Shown here: piece by piece, positions 19,353-27,700 of the stretch
How the letters are laid out: the number at the start of each line of letters is the position of its first letter
Position numbering within the stretch: position 1 is the stretch's first letter
Notes under the pieces: generated by a model
Databases searched by the model: none
What the model was told of the DNA's origin: nothing
Seen by the model: only the letters and a program-made list of their open reading frames with translations
Assembly: GCA_017608045.1 (NCBI GenBank)
Contig: JAFCGN010000007.1
Location: 1-53,166, forward strand
Direction of reading: 5' to 3'
Source: Candidatus Parvarchaeota archaeon
GTDB taxonomy: Archaea > Nanobdellota > Nanobdellia > JAFCGN01
DNA: 53,166 bases
Position numbers and translations under genes: made by a program

Positions 19353-19804
19353 TCTTTAATTCTTCTATTTTTTGCAAGCATATTTAATATGATGTTTCCT
19401 GTAAATTTTCCGCTTCCATAGAAATCTTTTTTGTTTTTTATTAATACATACCCTTTTGTTAGGTTTATTGAATTAAACTCTAATATGTTTTTCCCGTGAA
19501 TCCATTTGTTCAAATTTTCTTCATCTAATTCAACAAAATTCTTTTTTGCAAAAGGCCCGATTAATTGACATGCTTCAACGCTTAATCTAAAATATTTATC
19601 ATCATAGCTTCCGAAATAGGAGCCGACAAACTCGATTCGCATCTTGTCAAGATTTATTTTATTAAATTCAGGAGGGATTATCCATACTTTTTCTTTTCCG
19701 CTCCGCAAGAAATCAAAATTAAATTTAAAGTCTTCAAGAGAGTATCTTTCTTTTAAATAATTTATTAATTCTTTTTTTTCATTTCTGGATATGATTATTG
19801 CCAT
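19349..19804 (-). CDS. PUA/NIP7-like partner of m5C methyltransferase (RsmF C-terminal-like)
   Basis: G.YFG......RLS.E..QLIG.....N.VEL....W..G, GYVLIK....YGSGK; directly downstream of the NOP2/RsmF gene. Confidence 0.75.
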   Translation of the reverse strand: MAIIISRNEKKELINYLKERYSLEDFKFNFDFLRSGKEKVWIIPPEFNKINLDKMRIEFVGSYFGSYDDKYFRLSVEACQLIGPFAKKNFVELDEENLNKWIHGKNILEFNSINLTKGYVLIKNKKDFYGSGKFTGNIILNMLAKNRRIKD

Positions 19805-19805
19805 T

Positions 19806-20741
19806 TTATTCCACTCTTTTTATTTTACATACAAAAAAACCTTCACTATCATTATCTTGCGGGAGTATTCTTAATGCGTTTTTAATGCTTTTATGAAATT
19901 CGTTTTCTTTCCATTCAAGTATTGGTTCATGTTTTTTTAATTTTAGATTTATTTTTTCAATTTTTGCAGTTCCCCTTTTTTCTAATAAGAAATCAATCAC
20001 TTCTTCGTTTTCTTCAACAGTAACAGAACAAGTGCTGTATACAAGAGTTCCGTTCTGTTCCAAACTATCAAAACTGCTTAGAATTAATTGTTTTTGAAGC
20101 TTGCTTAGTTTTTCAACTGCTTTTAAACTCCACATTTTAGGTATATGCAAGTTTCTTCTTACAGTTCCGCTTGCACTGCAAGGAGCATCTAAAAGAACAT
20201 AGTTAAATTTTTGAGGTATTTTGCGAAAACTCCTTCCATCCATTCGGGTTATGATAGTATTAATAACTCCCATTCTTTGGATATTGCTTCTTAATACTCT
20301 AAGTCTGTTCATTTCAGGTTCATTAGCAACAATGATTCCAGTGTTTTTCATTATTTGAGCGATAGAGGTTGTTTTGCTCCCTGGTGCTGCTGCAATATCA
20401 AGAACAATTGAGTGTTTTTCAGGATTTAAAACAATAGGAGGTATCATGCTTGCGCTTTCCTGCACATAAAAGTATCCTAAAAGGTGTTCAAGCGATTTCC
20501 CTATGGGATTCGGTTTTTCTATTACTTTATAACCATTCGGAACAAAACTAATTTTATTGAATACCCATCCTTTTTTTTCTAATCTTTCAATAATTTCTTT
20601 TTCATTTATTTTTAATGTGTTAATCCTTATACATGAGTTTAATGGTTTTAAACTCCATTCAAAGAATTCTTTCGCTTCTTTTTGAAGTAATTCTTTGAAA
20701 TAATCCTTGAATTGTTTTGATAAAATATTTTTTTTATTCAT
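19806..20741 (-). CDS. RsmB/NOP2/Sun family RNA m5C methyltransferase
   Basis: IRINTLK, YVQESASM.P, LDIAAAPGSKT, LLDAPCS.SG, VYSTCS...EENE, EGFF. Confidence 0.95.
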   Translation of the reverse strand: MNKKNILSKQFKDYFKELLQKEAKEFFEWSLKPLNSCIRINTLKINEKEIIERLEKKGWVFNKISFVPNGYKVIEKPNPIGKSLEHLLGYFYVQESASMIPPIVLNPEKHSIVLDIAAAPGSKTTSIAQIMKNTGIIVANEPEMNRLRVLRSNIQRMGVINTIITRMDGRSFRKIPQKFNYVLLDAPCSASGTVRRNLHIPKMWSLKAVEKLSKLQKQLILSSFDSLEQNGTLVYSTCSVTVEENEEVIDFLLEKRGTAKIEKINLKLKKHEPILEWKENEFHKSIKNALRILPQDNDSEGFFVCKIKRVE

Positions 20742-20750
20742 TTTTTTCCC

Positions 20751-21182
20751 TCAGAAAATCTTTAACATGCAAATTCCAACTAAAATCCCGTAGATTGCTC
20801 CACCAACAACATCAATTAAATCATGAACACCTAACTTAATTCTTGAATATGCTATGAAAAAAGCAAATGGTAAGATAAAAAAGCCAAGAAGCGGGGTCCA
20901 ATAACCCATAATTATTGTTAATAGAAAAATGCTGCTTGTATGACTGCTTGGGAACGCGTAATCTTTTGAATGTTTTGTTTTAATTTTTCTCTTTTTTTTT
21001 ACAATTTTTTTAATCAATTTTATGCTAAGAATACTGAATAATTCTCCAATAATTATTTGCAAGCTGATTTTTTTTATATCAAGATTTAAACTCCAAAAAA
21101 CAAGTAGGATTAATAAAACCATGATGAATAGTCCTAACTTTGCTTTTGAATCAATTAAATCAAAAATTTTTTTTGTTTTCAA
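20751..21182 (-). CDS. PAP2 family phosphatase
   Basis: K...K..R, FPSSH, SRI.LGVH...DV..G motifs in a hydrophobic protein; TTG start. Confidence 0.88.
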   Translation of the reverse strand: MKTKKIFDLIDSKAKLGLFIMVLLILLVFWSLNLDIKKISLQIIIGELFSILSIKLIKKIVKKKRKIKTKHSKDYAFPSSHTSSIFLLTIIMGYWTPLLGFFILPFAFFIAYSRIKLGVHDLIDVVGGAIYGILVGICMLKIF

Positions 21183-21284
21183 TAAAAGACACCTTAATAC
21201 TCATAAATTTTTTATTTTTTAAGTATTTTGAGGCTCTCAATAAAAATAATTATTTATTTATAATAAAAAATACTATGAACGAAT

Positions 21285-21812
21285 ATGTCTGTGAGAGTAT
21301 ATGAAGGAATAACTTTAGTAATTATTCCTGTTGAACAATATTTTAAAAAAAATATTTCTTTAATAAGTAATTTTTCAAAAAAAGGTTATGAAATTATTTA
21401 TGTAACTTCTAACAAGCCTTTTAAAATATTGAATGAAGTTTTTAAGAAAAAAAAGATAGAGAACGTGTTTGTTATAGATATGATAACTAAAACAGCTGTT
21501 AATGCTCCTAAAAAAGAAAAAAATGTTTTATTTACAAATTCTCCAACATCTTTAACAGAAGTTTCAATAAGCATTAACCAATTGCTTAATAAGTTGAAAA
21601 ACAAAAAAAGAATGTTATTCTTTGATTCTTTGACTGCATTAAGAATTTATAATGATGAATCTCGCGTTGAAAAATTCACGCATTTTTTAACAAATAAGCT
21701 GCGCTTTGCAGAAGTAAAAGCAATTTTTATTAGTGTGGAAGAGGAAACTGACAAACTTTTAATACAAAAACTTTCTTTATTAGTTGATAATGTGGTGAAA
21801 TTAAATGATTAA
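21285..21812 (+). CDS. Degenerate KaiC/RecA-fold domain protein (no Walker A)
   Basis: IYVTSNKP, FVIDMIT, SPTSLTE, LFFDSLTAL..YN: the archaeal inactivated KaiC-like pattern. Confidence 0.75.
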   Translation: MSVRVYEGITLVIIPVEQYFKKNISLISNFSKKGYEIIYVTSNKPFKILNEVFKKKKIENVFVIDMITKTAVNAPKKEKNVLFTNSPTSLTEVSISINQLLNKLKNKKRMLFFDSLTALRIYNDESRVEKFTHFLTNKLRFAEVKAIFISVEEETDKLLIQKLSLLVDNVVKLND

Positions 21813-22587
21813 TATGCTTTTCATTTTGCAATTAATTGATTTTTTGGTTGTAGGAGGATTAATAATTAATTTTTTTCTTATGATGTTAGCATATTTTGGG
21901 TTTGAAAAAGGAGAAACAAAAAATCTTATGAAAAGCAATATTTCTTTACAATTCTTTGTTTCATTGCTTATTATTTCTTTAGTTATTTCTCAAGTAAGAA
22001 GTGGGTATGCTGGTTTGGAAGATATTAACTATTATATTCAAAGAGTTTTATTCTTGATTGTGCTTATTGTAGAAAGCAGGTTTGTTCTTAAATTGAATGT
22101 TTTTTCAGCAAATTTTGGATTTAAAACAAGTTATGAAGGCATCTTATCATTATTTAATTTAAAACCTGAAAAAGAGATTACAAACAGTCAAAGAAGAGAA
22201 CATTTATCATTTTTAATCCTTGTTTCAGTAATGTTTTTTGCAACAATTTTTTTAATAAAAAGTTATCTTCCTCAAAACGACCTTGAAGTTTTTTCTGACG
22301 GCATAATAGGTCTTTTATACATTATTGCTTTTGGATTTAATTTTATTGCCTTTAAATTCACTAATAATAAGAAGGTATTTTGTATTTCAGCAAGTTTTTT
22401 CGGACTTGCTATAATTCGTCTTTTTGAAATTGGTTTTCAAGGATTAGATTATATTGCGCCTGCAAGCACTCATTATTTTGCAAAAATGCTTATTGAATTG
22501 TTTAGGATGTTATTTATTATTTTCCTCTTATATTTTATGTTTGGATTAATAAAAAATAACAAAAAAACAGGTGATGTTCTTGATTAA
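21805..22587 (+). CDS. Multi-pass membrane protein, possible sensor
   Basis: About 7 hydrophobic segments; translationally coupled to both neighbours. Confidence 0.7.
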   Translation: MINMLFILQLIDFLVVGGLIINFFLMMLAYFGFEKGETKNLMKSNISLQFFVSLLIISLVISQVRSGYAGLEDINYYIQRVLFLIVLIVESRFVLKLNVFSANFGFKTSYEGILSLFNLKPEKEITNSQRREHLSFLILVSVMFFATIFLIKSYLPQNDLEVFSDGIIGLLYIIAFGFNFIAFKFTNNKKVFCISASFFGLAIIRLFEIGFQGLDYIAPASTHYFAKMLIELFRMLFIIFLLYFMFGLIKNNKKTGDVLD

Positions 22588-22846
22588 TGTATATGCAATT
22601 TTGTCTATTGTAATTAATTTTATTTTATCAATTATATTTGGTTTTTCTTGTCTTATTTTGTTGGAAAATTTTAGGAAAAAAAATTACTCTTATTTAATAA
22701 TTGGTTTAGCCATTTTTAGTATTGTTTATTTGTTGAAAGGTGTTTTTAGTTTTTTAGTATTGTTTAATACTCCTTATTGGATTTTTGTTAATCTTCTTGA
22801 ATCCTTGGGCATGATTTTTGTTATATTGTCAATAATTGCTTATTGA
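22571..22846 (+). CDS. Small membrane protein (3 TM)
   Basis: Hydrophobic 91-aa ORF overlapping the upstream stop. Confidence 0.65.
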   Translation: MMFLINVYAILSIVINFILSIIFGFSCLILLENFRKKNYSYLIIGLAIFSIVYLLKGVFSFLVLFNTPYWIFVNLLESLGMIFVILSIIAY

Positions 22847-22903
22847 GAATGTTCAAATTTTAATGAATAATTTAAAATAGTTAGTTTTTGTATATTCATA
22901 TAT

Positions 22904-25333
22904 ATGAAAAATGATAATAAGGAACTTTTTTCTAAAAAAGATTTTAATAACTTAATAAGATTGTTTGGAAAAGCCATAATAAAACTTGATTTAAAAACTG
23001 GTAAGTATGATTTCGTTTTAGGGAATATAGAGAAGTATGGATATTCAAAAGAGAATTTTCAGAAAAAATTTTTTATTAAGGACATAATGCATCCAGAAGA
23101 TGTTAAAAACATACTGTTGAGAGACATAAAATTAATGAATGAAGGTAAAACACCTCCATTGAGGGAAAATTTTAGAATAAAAAACCCAAAAGGAGGGTAT
23201 TATTTTGTTGAACAAAGAAATCATTGGATAAAAGATAAGGAAGGAAATTTTACACACTTAATGGCTGTTTTAGAGGATAAAACTAAAGAAAAAACGCTTG
23301 AAGAAAAGTTAAAAAAAAATGAGGAACTTTATGAAACACTTGTTGAAAGGGCTAATGATGGAATCTTATTAATACATAATAAAAAAATAATTTTTGTAAA
23401 TAAAAAGATTACAAAAATGTTTGGTTATTCAAAAAACGAGATTTTAAATACTGATTTTACAAAATATGTAAGCAAAAAAGAGATTCCTAAATTGCTTAAA
23501 CTTTATGTTAATCGTTTTCTCGGAAAAAAAGTGCCGACAATTTATGAAACAATTCTGATTAATAAAAATGGAGAAGAAGTTATTGTGGAAGTGAATGGTG
23601 GTTTAGTGGATTATGAGGGTAAAAAATGTGATTTAGTGTTTATTAGGGATATAACTGAGAGAAAAAAGACAGCTGAAAAAATAATTGAAAGTGAAGAAAA
23701 ATTCAGAACTTTGTTTGATAACCTGAATGATGGTGTAGTAATTTATGATTATGTTGAGAATCAAAATGATTTTGTTTTTGTTGACTTAAATAAAGCAGTA
23801 GAGAAAATGGAGGGTGTAAGAAGAAAACATGTAATTGGGAAAAGAGTTACAAAAGTTTTTCCTATTGTAAAAAAAACAGGTTTATTTGATGTTTTTCAAA
23901 GGGTTTTTAAAACAGGAACACCAGAATTCAAAACAATTGTTTTTCGTGATAAAAAAAATAAAATTTATGCTTATAGAAAAAATTATGTTTTTAAACTTCC
24001 TGATAATCATTTAGTAGTAATTTATAAAGATTTAACAAAAGAAAAAGTAGCTGAACAAAAAATAATTGAAAGTGAAGAAAAATTCAGAACACTTTTTGAA
24101 ACAGCAAACATTGGTATTTCTTTGATGAAAAAAGAGGTTTTTACTGATTGTAATCAAAAATTTCTCGAATTATTTGGGCTTAATTCAAAAAAACAAATAA
24201 TTGGTAAAACAATATATGATTTTTTTCCGCAAAAACAAACACATGGAAAGGATTCAAAAACAAAAGCAAAACAATTATTTAATAAAACATTAAAAGGGCA
24301 AGCGCAATTCCTTGAATGGAAATTTAAAAAACTTAATAACACTGTGTTTGATGCAGAAGTAACATTGTCAAGATTAATAATTAAAAACGAGCCATATATT
24401 CTTATTTTTGTCAAAGACATTACAGAAAGAAAAAAAATAGAGCAAAAATTGGTGATTGCACAAAAGAAATTGAAAGAATACTCCTTAAATCTTGAAAAGA
24501 AAGTTAAGGAAAGAACAAAAGAGTTGAAGAAAACAATAAAGGCACTTAAACTAAAAGAAAAAAGATTAATTAATTCAAAAAAAGCTTTAATAAATCTTAC
24601 AGGAGAACTTAATAGTGCTTTAAAAGAATTGAAAAAATTAGATGAGATGAAAACGCGTTTTTTAAGCACAATAAGCCATGAATTAAGAACACCCATGACT
24701 CCTATGAAAGCACAATTGCAAATGCTTTTAAAAAAATATTTTGGAGAGTTGAATGATGAACAAGAAGAAAGTCTTAGAATTGTGCTTAATAATACTGAAA
24801 GACTTGATTCCCTTATAGCTGATTTACTTGATGTTTCAAGAATACAAGCAAAAGCACTTAAACTCTTTCTTAAAAAAAATAGTTTAAATGAGGTGATAAA
24901 AGAAACTCTTAAATTGCTTGAACCAAAAATAAAGAAAAAAGGTCTTGACATAAGCATAAGATTAACACCGCTTCCTAAATTTTATTTTGACAAGAACAGG
25001 ATAACGCAGGTGATGATTAATTTATTAGATAATGCAGTTAAATTTACTCCAAAAGGAAAAATAAGCGTGTTTTCCAAAAAATCTAGAAAAAAAGCAATCG
25101 TGGTTATAAAAGACACGGGAGTTGGAATTTCAAAAGAAATTCAATCAAAATTGTTTCACCCATTTATTCAAGAGGATACTTCTAAAACAAGAAATTTTGG
25201 AGGTACAGGTCTTGGATTAAGCATTTGTAAAGGAATAATAGATGCACATAATGGGAGAATATGGTTTGAAAGTAAGAAAAACAAAGGAAGCACGTTTTAT
25301 TTTGAGTTGCCAATTAAAGAAAGTTTGAAATAG
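22904..25333 (+). CDS. Soluble multi-PAS sensor histidine kinase
   Basis: Four PAS/PAC-like units (MHPED, RDITERK, KDITERK); H box FLSTISHELRTP, N box NLLDNAVKFT, G boxes DTGVGI and GGTGLGL. Confidence 0.96.
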   Translation: MKNDNKELFSKKDFNNLIRLFGKAIIKLDLKTGKYDFVLGNIEKYGYSKENFQKKFFIKDIMHPEDVKNILLRDIKLMNEGKTPPLRENFRIKNPKGGYYFVEQRNHWIKDKEGNFTHLMAVLEDKTKEKTLEEKLKKNEELYETLVERANDGILLIHNKKIIFVNKKITKMFGYSKNEILNTDFTKYVSKKEIPKLLKLYVNRFLGKKVPTIYETILINKNGEEVIVEVNGGLVDYEGKKCDLVFIRDITERKKTAEKIIESEEKFRTLFDNLNDGVVIYDYVENQNDFVFVDLNKAVEKMEGVRRKHVIGKRVTKVFPIVKKTGLFDVFQRVFKTGTPEFKTIVFRDKKNKIYAYRKNYVFKLPDNHLVVIYKDLTKEKVAEQKIIESEEKFRTLFETANIGISLMKKEVFTDCNQKFLELFGLNSKKQIIGKTIYDFFPQKQTHGKDSKTKAKQLFNKTLKGQAQFLEWKFKKLNNTVFDAEVTLSRLIIKNEPYILIFVKDITERKKIEQKLVIAQKKLKEYSLNLEKKVKERTKELKKTIKALKLKEKRLINSKKALINLTGELNSALKELKKLDEMKTRFLSTISHELRTPMTPMKAQLQMLLKKYFGELNDEQEESLRIVLNNTERLDSLIADLLDVSRIQAKALKLFLKKNSLNEVIKETLKLLEPKIKKKGLDISIRLTPLPKFYFDKNRITQVMINLLDNAVKFTPKGKISVFSKKSRKKAIVVIKDTGVGISKEIQSKLFHPFIQEDTSKTRNFGGTGLGLSICKGIIDAHNGRIWFESKKNKGSTFYFELPIKESLK

Positions 25334-25403
25334 TAATATTGCGTTCTAATATATAGTTTTGTGTATTCATTAAAAAAGGAGTTTTAATGAATGGAGGTAT
25401 TTA

Positions 25404-25769
25404 ATGAAAAAGAAGATTCTTGTTATAGATGATGACAAAGATACATTAGAAACCATAAAAAAAATCTTGGTAAAAAATAACTATGAAGTTAAGATTCTTG
25501 AAGAACCAAAAAAATGCATAGAATTTATAAAAAAAACAAGACCAGATCTTGTGCTCTTAGATATTTTAATGCCTGAAATTTTAGGCACGGATTTGTCTGA
25601 GATAATAAAAACAGAATTTTGTAATTTACCTGTTGTTTTTTTGACAATAGTTCCAAAAGAAGAAATTGATGTTAAAAGAGTAGATGGTTATATAAGAAAA
25701 CCCTTTTACATAAAAGATCTTTTGAAACTTGTGAAAAAAGTGCTTAACAAAAAATCAGCAAACAGATAA
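25404..25769 (+). CDS. Stand-alone response regulator receiver
   Basis: ILVIDDD, PDLVLLDILMP, VFLT, RKPF; GGAGGT RBS. Confidence 0.95.
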   Translation: MKKKILVIDDDKDTLETIKKILVKNNYEVKILEEPKKCIEFIKKTRPDLVLLDILMPEILGTDLSEIIKTEFCNLPVVFLTIVPKEEIDVKRVDGYIRKPFYIKDLLKLVKKVLNKKSANR

Positions 25770-25810
25770 CAAAATATTAATTTAATCATGGATTATTAAA
25801 AAAAAGAGGT

Positions 25811-26188
25811 GTGTTAATGAAAAAAAAGATAATTATTGTTGATGATGAAAGAGATATAAGAAGAACTGTGAAACAAATTCTTGAAAAAGAAAATTATGAA
25901 ATTTTTACAGCAGTGAATGGTGAAGACCTTTTTAAAAAACTTGAAAGAATAACTCCAGATTTGATTCTTCTTGATATAATGATGCCTGGAATGACCACTT
26001 CTCAGATAATAGAAAAATTAAGAGACAATAAAAAAACGAGAAATATTCGGATTATTTATTTAACTGTTGTGCAAGTAAGTGAAATGGAAAAAATAAAAAT
26101 ATTGAAATCAAAAAATATTGAGGATTACATTCAAAAACCGTTTGATATTAATGATTTAAAGAAAAGAATTAGAAAAGCACTAAGATAA
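25811..26188 (+). CDS. Stand-alone response regulator receiver
   Basis: IIIVDDE, PDLILLDIMMP, YLT, QKPF. Confidence 0.95.
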   Translation: MLMKKKIIIVDDERDIRRTVKQILEKENYEIFTAVNGEDLFKKLERITPDLILLDIMMPGMTTSQIIEKLRDNKKTRNIRIIYLTVVQVSEMEKIKILKSKNIEDYIQKPFDINDLKKRIRKALR

Positions 26189-26202
26189 GAGAGGCGAATT
26201 AA

Positions 26203-26736
26203 TTGGAAAATTTAGGAGAAGTATTAGAAGTTAATGATGTAATTTTAGTAAAAATAAAATCCGATGTTTATACAAAAAATATAAAAGAAATAGCAAAAAT
26301 ATTGAGCAGTAAAAATAAATTATTGTTCATAACATTGAATAAGAGTTCTGATTCTTTAATTTCTTCTTTTAAAAAATACAAAATAAATGTTGGTAATATT
26401 TATTTTTTAGATGCTATAACAAGAACATTTACTAAACCAAGAAGAATAAAGAATTCTACTTTTGTGAGATCACCGCAAGCATTGACAGAAATTGGGATTG
26501 AATTTACAAAAATTATCAAAAAATTTAAACCAGATTGCATAGTCTTTGACTCTTTAAGCACTTTAATAATTTATGAAGATGATATAAGAACTGGTTTGAA
26601 CAGGTTTATTACATCAATAATTAATAAAGCATTAAGAAATAATTTGAAAATAATTTTTTTCTGCTTAAAAAGCGATGAAAACAGCAGATTAATTAAGAAC
26701 ATAAGCATTGTTGCTGAAAAAATAATTAATATTTAA
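26203..26736 (+). CDS. Degenerate KaiC/RecA-fold domain protein (paralog of 21285..21812)
   Basis: FITLNKS, YFLDAIT, SPQALTE, VFDSLSTL..Y; no P-loop. Confidence 0.75.
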   Translation: MENLGEVLEVNDVILVKIKSDVYTKNIKEIAKILSSKNKLLFITLNKSSDSLISSFKKYKINVGNIYFLDAITRTFTKPRRIKNSTFVRSPQALTEIGIEFTKIIKKFKPDCIVFDSLSTLIIYEDDIRTGLNRFITSIINKALRNNLKIIFFCLKSDENSRLIKNISIVAEKIINI

Positions 26737-27600
26737 TTAAACTTCTGTAAAGACTTCTTCTTCTGAATAAATTGTTATTCCACCTTTTTCAATATGGAAA
26801 GGCATTATTCTTTCTGTATGTGTTGTTCCCCTCATTTTTAAAATAGCGAGCATTCTTTCATACACATTTCCTGTTTTTACGTGGTATAATAAAATAACTC
26901 CATCTGCTGCGTATTCTTCAAGACTGAAAGTATTTTCACTTTCTAAATTAAAATCACTTGTAATGATGCTTGTAATTTTTAATCTTTTAAGCAGGTTTGC
27001 CATATCAATTAATGCTTTTCTAACTTCTATTTTTGTCTCAAAAAATAAACTTATTAAAGACCCTGGGTCAATGACAATTCGTTTGGCATTAATTAATTCA
27101 ATGGAATCCGTAATATTTTGCATTAAGGCGTCCATCTTATACAATGTATTCTTTACAATAAGAAGTTTTTTATTTTTGATTAATGGTTTAACTTTAAAAC
27201 CCATTTTTTCATAGTTCTCAATTATTCTTTCAGGTTCTTCTTCGAGAGAGATAAAAACACCGGGTTCCCCAAATTTTTTTGCACCCTCATACAAATATTG
27301 AAAGCCTAATGTAGTTTTTCCGCTGCCAGGACCGCCTGCAACAATAACAAAATTCCCTTTTGGGATTCCGCCATTCAAGGATTCATCAAGACCTGAAATC
27401 CCTGTTTTGCTTCTGATGTCTTTTTGGTTTGTTGTTTTTATTTTTTTAATAGCTTTAATATGTTTATCATATTGTTTTTTCTTTTTTGGAATTTTAGAAA
27501 TATTTTTTCGTAATTCCCCAATTTTTTTTTCAAAAACAACTTTTTCAGGCACAATATTTTTTCGTAATTCCTTAATTTTTTTATTAAATGACTTATTCAT
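26737..27600 (-). CDS. Single-domain KaiC/RAD55 family ATPase
   Basis: TGISGLD..L.GG.P, GGPGSGKT, SLEE, RIVID, EEYAADGVI, KMRG; Lys-rich N-terminal extension with duplicated KKI.ELRKNI. Confidence 0.93.
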   Translation of the reverse strand: MNKSFNKKIKELRKNIVPEKVVFEKKIGELRKNISKIPKKKKQYDKHIKAIKKIKTTNQKDIRSKTGISGLDESLNGGIPKGNFVIVAGGPGSGKTTLGFQYLYEGAKKFGEPGVFISLEEEPERIIENYEKMGFKVKPLIKNKKLLIVKNTLYKMDALMQNITDSIELINAKRIVIDPGSLISLFFETKIEVRKALIDMANLLKRLKITSIITSDFNLESENTFSLEEYAADGVILLYHVKTGNVYERMLAILKMRGTTHTERIMPFHIEKGGITIYSEEEVFTEV

Positions 27601-27700
27601 TATTTTATATAAAATAACAAATGATTATAAAGGTTTTTTCATAAACCCTTTAATGCTTTAATACCAAATACTTAATAATTTGCGGTTCATACTTATTCTT

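Noticed and set aside
24154-24957. 267-aa antisense ORF (likewise 37565..38185, 16191..16643, 6682..7059, 1828..2211 and other shadow ORFs)
   Set aside because: They lie opposite well-supported genes and have the Phe/Ser/Leu-rich composition expected from antisense reading of Lys/Glu-rich genes.
26737-27600. Circadian clock (KaiABC)
   Set aside because: Single-domain KaiC-like protein without the CII Ser-Thr phosphosite pair; no kaiA or kaiB present.
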